The notes beneath the pieces are model-generated. The model did no database searches, was not told the DNA's origin, and saw only the letters and a list, made by a program, of their open reading frames with translations. Source: a virus (taxonomy: Duplodnaviria > Caudoviricetes). Taken from it: a stretch of DNA of 64,000 nucleotides. The stretch covers positions 32,001-96,000 of the IMG/VR virus record IMGVR_UViG_3300028048_000071; one strand, written 5' to 3'. The position numbers and the translations under genes are program-made. Each line of letters opens with the position of its first letter. The stretch's first letter is position 1. This document shows, in pieces, positions 58,739 through 64,000 of the stretch.

Positions 58739-60697
58739 GTGCTAGTTCCTCAAGAAAAAATTGATGAAGCTAAAAGAATATATGATGGACAGGCAATGGA
58801 AGAGATAGTGGAGTATTTAGGAGTTGCTAAATGGGATGAAAGAACAAAAAAAGGTTCTTGTCCTTGGCACTCCGACTCCAACCCATCCTTTATCTGGAAT
58901 GAGAAAAATAATTCTTTTCATTGTTTTAGTTGTAATCGTAATTATGGAATTATAGATTTATATCTCGACCAAGGATTAAGTTATATTGATGCAGTTAAAA
59001 AATTATTTGAGAATACTGGAATAGAATATAACTTTAGTATGCAAGGAGTCCATTCTAAACCTTCATATAGATACCCAAAACACGTAGATAGCGAAGATAG
59101 AAATATTGTAAATACCTATTGGGAGAAAAGAAAGATTAGCCAAAAGACACTTGATTATTTAGATGTTCAACAGGATGAAAATGGAAATACTGTATATCAT
59201 TTTTACGACGAAAATGATGTGCTAACTTCTGTTAAATACAGACCATCTCATAAACCAAAGGCAGGAGAGAATAAATGTTGGTTTCAAAAAGATACTGATT
59301 TTTCTCCTATATTATTTAATATGAACAGATGTGACCCTTCTAAGCCTTTATATATAACTGAGGGAGAACCTGATTGTATGTCTTTGATAGAGGTAGGAAT
59401 AACAAATGCTGTTTCTGTTCCTAATGGTTGTATGAATCAAAAGTGGATTGAACAATGTTGGGATTGGTTAGAACAATTTCCTAAAATTATTATATGGGGA
59501 GATAACGACGAACCCGGAATTAAAGCACGCAATGAAATTTGTAATAGATTAGGAACTTGGAGAACTTATTATATTGAGCCAAATCCAAATGATTTGATAA
59601 ATGCTTTTGGAACAGACAGAGATGGAAAATCTCCTAAAGATGCAAATGAGGTTTTATACTTTTTTGGAAGAGAAAAGGTTTTAGAATATGCTAACAGTCC
59701 AATAGAGCTACCCATTGAAGGAGTTTTCGATTTAGCTAGTGCTGAAGAATTTGATATACAAAATGCAGAGGGATTATATACCGGAATAAAAGAATTAGAC
59801 GACAAAATATATAAACTTGTTTTCGGAACATTAAATATAATTACTGGTAAGTCTGGAGAAGGTAAATCTGTATTTGTTAATCAGGTTGCCATATGTCAAG
59901 CTTTAGACCAAGGTTATGATGTGTTTGTATATAGCGGTGAATTACCAGCACCTGTATTAAAAAATTGGGTAGAAACAAATATGATAGGAAGAGAAAATAT
60001 TGAGATGAGTGATGGCGGTCACGTTAGACATTTCAATGGAGAAGCCAGAAAAAAAATGGAAGATTGGTATTCTGGTAGAGTAATGACATACGACGATAGT
60101 TCTGATGCTACGGCGACAACACTACTTCATAAAATGGAAGAAATGGCTCGTAAATTTGGAACGAAAGTTTTTCTTATTGATAACTTAATGATGGTAGATT
60201 TAGAATGTGATGAACAAAGTAGATTACAAGCTGAAAAAGATTTTATAAAAGACCTTATTAATTTCGCTAAAAAATTTAATGTATTAGTATTTTTGGTTGC
60301 TCATCCTAGAAAAACTGGAGAAATAAGAGTTACAAAGGATGATATTTCTGGAAGCTCTAATATAGTTAATTTGGCACATATGGTGTTTAGCGTTCATAGA
60401 TATACTGATTCTGAAAGAGCAGGTGAAATGAACGAAAGAGGTAACTATAGAAGAGGCAAAGAACCTATAAAATATGAAAGTGTAATTGAAGTATTAAAGA
60501 ATCGTATTACTGGATTAGTTCCAAAAGTAGATGTTTTCTTTGATTATCCGTCTTATAGATTTTATAGAACTCCAGCAGAAATTTGGCATAGATATAAATG
60601 GGATGATAATATTTCACCTTTAAGAACAGATGACCCTAATCCACACGAAATTCCTGGGGAGGAGGATAATCCTTTAAATGATAGAGACGAAGATTAA
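58739..60697 (+). CDS. DNA primase-helicase (CHC2 zinc finger + TOPRIM + SF4 helicase)
   Basis: CPWH..D..PSF...HCFSC; ITEGEPD, DNDEPG, KDANE; GKSGEGKS, IDNLM, VAHPRK, KNR. Confidence 0.9.
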   Translation: MLVPQEKIDEAKRIYDGQAMEEIVEYLGVAKWDERTKKGSCPWHSDSNPSFIWNEKNNSFHCFSCNRNYGIIDLYLDQGLSYIDAVKKLFENTGIEYNFSMQGVHSKPSYRYPKHVDSEDRNIVNTYWEKRKISQKTLDYLDVQQDENGNTVYHFYDENDVLTSVKYRPSHKPKAGENKCWFQKDTDFSPILFNMNRCDPSKPLYITEGEPDCMSLIEVGITNAVSVPNGCMNQKWIEQCWDWLEQFPKIIIWGDNDEPGIKARNEICNRLGTWRTYYIEPNPNDLINAFGTDRDGKSPKDANEVLYFFGREKVLEYANSPIELPIEGVFDLASAEEFDIQNAEGLYTGIKELDDKIYKLVFGTLNIITGKSGEGKSVFVNQVAICQALDQGYDVFVYSGELPAPVLKNWVETNMIGRENIEMSDGGHVRHFNGEARKKMEDWYSGRVMTYDDSSDATATTLLHKMEEMARKFGTKVFLIDNLMMVDLECDEQSRLQAEKDFIKDLINFAKKFNVLVFLVAHPRKTGEIRVTKDDISGSSNIVNLAHMVFSVHRYTDSERAGEMNERGNYRRGKEPIKYESVIEVLKNRITGLVPKVDVFFDYPSYRFYRTPAEIWHRYKWDDNISPLRTDDPNPHEIPGEEDNPLNDRDED

Positions 60698-61499
60698 AAA
60701 TATAAAAAAAGAGTTAGAAAAATTTAATAGGTATAAATTCTATGAAGAACCCCATATATATACTTATATAGAAGATGATGGTTCTGAAACTAAAGTAGGC
60801 ATTTCTGTTACAACTCTTGTTGGTCAATATGAACAAGAATTTGATGAAGATAGAGTTGCTACATTTAAATCAAAGAAAGATGGTATTCCAAAAGAAGATT
60901 TAATTGCTATGTGGCATTTTGATAGAGATTTTGCTTGTTGTAAAGGAACTCATACTCACGCATATAATGAATTTTTATGGCGTGATGGAGAATTATATGA
61001 CTATAACAAAGAAGCTGTAATTGATGAATTTGGTTATGATGTTATTGCACCTGTATGGGATAAATTAAAAAAAATATGTGAGAGTTTTTATAAAAAATTC
61101 AAAGATAGACTTATCCCAATTGGGTTAGAACAAATTGTTGGAAGCAGAGATTATGATGTAGCCGGAGCAATAGATTTCTTAGCTTATTCAAAAAAGTTAG
61201 ATGCAATAATTATTATAGATTATAAAACCAATAAAAAAATAGAATTTGAATCTTATAAAGATAAAAAAATGCTTTATCCTCTAAATCATATTCCTGATTG
61301 TAATTATTATCATTATTGTTTACAGTTGGCTATATATAAATTTATTTTAGAATATGAAACTAAATTAAAAATATATAATAAAAAATGGCTAATTTGGATG
61401 AATGAAGCTAATGATGATTTTGTACTATATGAATGTGAAAATTTAGATGATGAAGCTAAAAAAATATTGGAAGCAAGGAGAAAAGAAATATATGTTTGA
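60678..61499 (+). CDS. PD-(D/E)xK exonuclease
   Basis: SVTT, KGTHTH, E...AGAIDF...IIDYKT, YCLQLAIY. Confidence 0.82.
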   Translation: MIETKIKNIKKELEKFNRYKFYEEPHIYTYIEDDGSETKVGISVTTLVGQYEQEFDEDRVATFKSKKDGIPKEDLIAMWHFDRDFACCKGTHTHAYNEFLWRDGELYDYNKEAVIDEFGYDVIAPVWDKLKKICESFYKKFKDRLIPIGLEQIVGSRDYDVAGAIDFLAYSKKLDAIIIIDYKTNKKIEFESYKDKKMLYPLNHIPDCNYYHYCLQLAIYKFILEYETKLKIYNKKWLIWMNEANDDFVLYECENLDDEAKKILEARRKEIYV

Positions 61500-61707
61500 A
61501 AATAATATTGTTCAAAAAAGATTATTAAAAAGAAAACAAATTATGGATGACCTTGAAAAAGCTAAAAATGATGGCATAGATTGGAAGGTTAGACAACTAG
61601 AAAGTAAATTATATATGTTTAATAGAAAACATTATCCAAATGTATTTTGGAATAGTGCAGAAAAAGGAACATATAGGAAACCAAAAGAAAAGAAGGTGCT
61701 TGTATAA
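61492..61707 (+). CDS. hypothetical protein
   Basis: start 61492 overlapping upstream stop; TAATG coupling downstream. Confidence 0.6.
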   Translation: MFENNIVQKRLLKRKQIMDDLEKAKNDGIDWKVRQLESKLYMFNRKHYPNVFWNSAEKGTYRKPKEKKVLV

Positions 61708-62249
61708 TGGATATTAATGAATTAAGTGGTTGGGGAATATCTCAACAAATAGCAGAAATAGTAGAAAATGGTTTTACTTTTGATGAAGAAACTGGAGAGG
61801 TATTTTTTACAACTGATGATTTAGAGGCATTACAAGAAGCACTAGATAATAAATTAGAATCATTGGCTGGTATTTATCAAATGTATGTATCAAAAGGAGA
61901 TGCTCTTAAAATTAGAAGTAAAGATATTGCTGATAGAGCTAAATCATTTGAAAAGAAAGCTGATAGAATTAAAGAATATATAGATGCTTTAATGAAAGCA
62001 AATGGTAAAGATGATAAACCATTAGAAATTGGAGATAAAAAATTATCATATAGAAAAAGTAAGGCTACGAATATATTTGATGAAGATAAATTAAAAGAAT
62101 GGATAAATTCTAGTGATGAAAATAAACAAAAATATTTCAAATATAAAGAGCCAGAAATTGCAAAAAAAGAATTAGGGGACGCTTTAAAACAAGGTGAAGA
62201 AATCCCTGGAATTGAATTAGTAGAAAATAAAAATCTACAAATAAAATAA
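61707..62249 (+). CDS. siphovirus Gp157-family protein
   Basis: LSYRKS, PEIAKKEL..ALK.GEEIPG.EL..N.NLQIK. Confidence 0.82.
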   Translation: MDINELSGWGISQQIAEIVENGFTFDEETGEVFFTTDDLEALQEALDNKLESLAGIYQMYVSKGDALKIRSKDIADRAKSFEKKADRIKEYIDALMKANGKDDKPLEIGDKKLSYRKSKATNIFDEDKLKEWINSSDENKQKYFKYKEPEIAKKELGDALKQGEEIPGIELVENKNLQIK

Positions 62250-62269
62250 GGAAGAAAAGGAGAAAAAAT

Positions 62270-62485
62270 ATGGAACCAAATTTAGTTTTAACATTATCTG
62301 TGGAGGAAGTAAATAAAATTCTTGTTGGATTAGATTATTATCAAAAGGATATTAAAGGATTATCTGAAAAGATAGTTGCTATATCTGAAGGACAAATAGC
62401 AGAATTTAATAAGAAATTACAAGAAGAACAAGAAAAGGCTGCTCAAAGTGAAGAAGAAAAGAATAAGAAAGGAAAAGAAAAATAA
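62270..62485 (+). CDS. hypothetical protein
   Basis: 71 aa, AAGGAG SD. Confidence 0.65.
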   Translation: MEPNLVLTLSVEEVNKILVGLDYYQKDIKGLSEKIVAISEGQIAEFNKKLQEEQEKAAQSEEEKNKKGKEK

Positions 62486-62488
62486 TTT

Positions 62489-62758
62489 ATGAGTGAGAAA
62501 CAAGAAAAGAAAATAATCTGTAGAGATTGTGGAAAAGAATTTACACTTACTGTTGGTGAACAAAATTTTTATGAAGAAAAAGGTTTTGCAGAACCAGTTA
62601 GATGTAAAGAATGTAGAGATAGAAGAAAAGCAGAGAGAGAAAATCAAAACACTTCTCAAGAAGAAACACCTAAAAATGATTTAGAAGAAATGCTTGAAAA
62701 ATTTAAAGCAAATACAGTTCTTTTTGAAAATGAAAAAAGAAACAAAAAAAGAAGATAA
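62489..62758 (+). CDS. zinc-ribbon protein (zf-trcl-like)
   Basis: CRDCGKEF..TVGEQ.FY..KGF..P.RCKECR. Confidence 0.8.
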   Translation: MSEKQEKKIICRDCGKEFTLTVGEQNFYEEKGFAEPVRCKECRDRRKAERENQNTSQEETPKNDLEEMLEKFKANTVLFENEKRNKKRR

Positions 62759-62801
62759 AAAGTCAATTACACTTGACTTTTTTTATATTTTGTGATACTA
62801 T
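62757..62801 (+). promoter_or_regulatory. terminator-like hairpin overlapping a sigma-A promoter for dnaE
   Basis: AAAAAGTCAA-ttacac-TTGACTTTTT; TTGACT(62773)-17 bp-TACTAT(62796) with extended TG. Confidence 0.6.
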
Positions 62802-62832
62802 CTATATATAAGATAGGAGAGGGTGATAAGGA

Positions 62833-64000
62833 ATGAAATATTACAATTATCACTGTCATAATATGTATGGAAATCCTATTTCTATGGATGTTATTGTCAG
62901 TATGGAAGATTATTGTAAAAGAGCTATAGAATTAGGACACGACGCATTTTTCACCACTTGTCACGGTTTGCAGGGAGATATATTTCAGGCAACAACTTTA
63001 GCACATCAATATAATCTTAAAATGATTGTTGGTGCTGAATTATATTATGTTAAAGACAGATTTGAAAAAGACCGTAGTAATAGACATATAATAATAATAG
63101 CTTTAAATCACGACGGAATTAGAGATTTAAATAGAGTAATATCAGAATCTTTTACAACCGGAATGTATTATAGACCACGTATAGATGAAGAATTATTATT
63201 TTCTTTAAATCCTAATAATGTAATAATAACGACTGCTTGTGTTGCTGGTTTATGGAACGATGAAGAACTAATAGTTAAAATGAAAAATTATTTTGGAGGT
63301 CATTTATTTTTAGAAGTACAAGACCATAATGAAGAAATTCAAAAAGAAGTTAATAAGACGGTCATAAGATTATCTCAAAAATATAATATAAGAATTATAC
63401 ACGCAAATGATAGTCATTATATTTATCCAGAAGACGCAAAATATAGAGATTTATTTTTAAAAGCTAAAGGTATTGTATATGAACAAGAGGCTAATTTTAT
63501 ATTAGATTATCCAGATTATGATGAAATTGTAAAAAGATATGAAATACAAGGAATCTTAAATAAAAATCAAATCAATGAAGCACTTCAAAGTACAAATGTT
63601 TTTCAAGAAGTTGATTGTAGTGATTATATAAATGATGAAATAAAATTGCCTTCTGTTTCTGAAAATCCCAATGGAGAATTAAAAAGAATTATAAATGAAT
63701 CTTGGACTCAGGACAGAGAAAGAATCCCGAAGGAAAAATGGAAAGAATATCTTGATGCAATTCGATATGAAGTTGATATTATAGAGAAAACAAATATGGC
63801 TAATTATTTTTTAATTGATTATAATATTGCTAAGATAGCTAAAGAGAAATATAATGGTGTATTAACTAATACTGGAAGAGGAAGTGCTCCATCTTTCTAC
63901 GTTACACGACTATTGCATCTTACTAATATAGATAGATTGGAATCTCCTATTACGTTATTCCCTACTAGATTTATGTCTATTGAGAGAATTTTAGGGGCTC
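62833..64000 (+). CDS. dnaE: DNA polymerase III alpha subunit (family C), 3' truncated by window edge
   Basis: PHP motifs YHCH, GAELY, YYRPRID, TTACVAG, ANDSHY; polymerase motif GRGSA; absent from ORF track because no stop in window. Confidence 0.9.
   Translation, partial: MKYYNYHCHNMYGNPISMDVIVSMEDYCKRAIELGHDAFFTTCHGLQGDIFQATTLAHQYNLKMIVGAELYYVKDRFEKDRSNRHIIIIALNHDGIRDLNRVISESFTTGMYYRPRIDEELLFSLNPNNVIITTACVAGLWNDEELIVKMKNYFGGHLFLEVQDHNEEIQKEVNKTVIRLSQKYNIRIIHANDSHYIYPEDAKYRDLFLKAKGIVYEQEANFILDYPDYDEIVKRYEIQGILNKNQINEALQSTNVFQEVDCSDYINDEIKLPSVSENPNGELKRIINESWTQDRERIPKEKWKEYLDAIRYEVDIIEKTNMANYFLIDYNIAKIAKEKYNGVLTNTGRGSAPSFYVTRLLHLTNIDRLESPITLFPTRFMSIERILGA

Noticed and set aside
1-64000. Stop-codon reassignment
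   Set aside because: Genes are intact in the standard bacterial code, and TAA, TAG and TGA all end genes.

Overview
A 64-kb piece of a large, AT-rich tailed phage of a low-GC Gram-positive (Bacillota) host, organised like Bacillus phage SPbeta. Left to right: small early genes and a GHKL ATPase; a two-gene minus-strand island; back-to-back sigma-A promoters; a YonO-like single-subunit RNA polymerase; then a long late operon (terminase, portal, protease/scaffold, capsid, tail tube, tape measure split by a group I intron carrying a homing endonuclease, tail tip, holin/GH25 endolysin, many fibre genes). After that come a PAPS-reductase-family plus cysteine desulfurase pair and a replication module (Sak4-like ATPase, SSB, primase-helicase, nuclease, DnaE truncated by the window edge). 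The standout is 50050-54634, an array of nine small tail-tip/receptor-binding cassettes, seven of which lack their own Shine-Dalgarno. Two structured 'RBS banks' are each entered by a leader ORF, and four poly-G tracts (G8, G9, G9, G9) lie in the leader reading paths. Translated by hand, each tract length (mod 3) either reads on to the next tract or stops in one particular SD-containing module. Each module either abuts a cassette start or is complementary, in nested order, to the spacer before one specific distant start codon. The layout reads as a ternary decision tree: four homopolymer switches select one of nine receptor-binding proteins through long-range RNA pairing and translational coupling, with no recombinase or reverse transcriptase nearby. 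Frames, stops and complementarities are seen directly; the mechanism is inference. I know of no prior description but could not search the literature.
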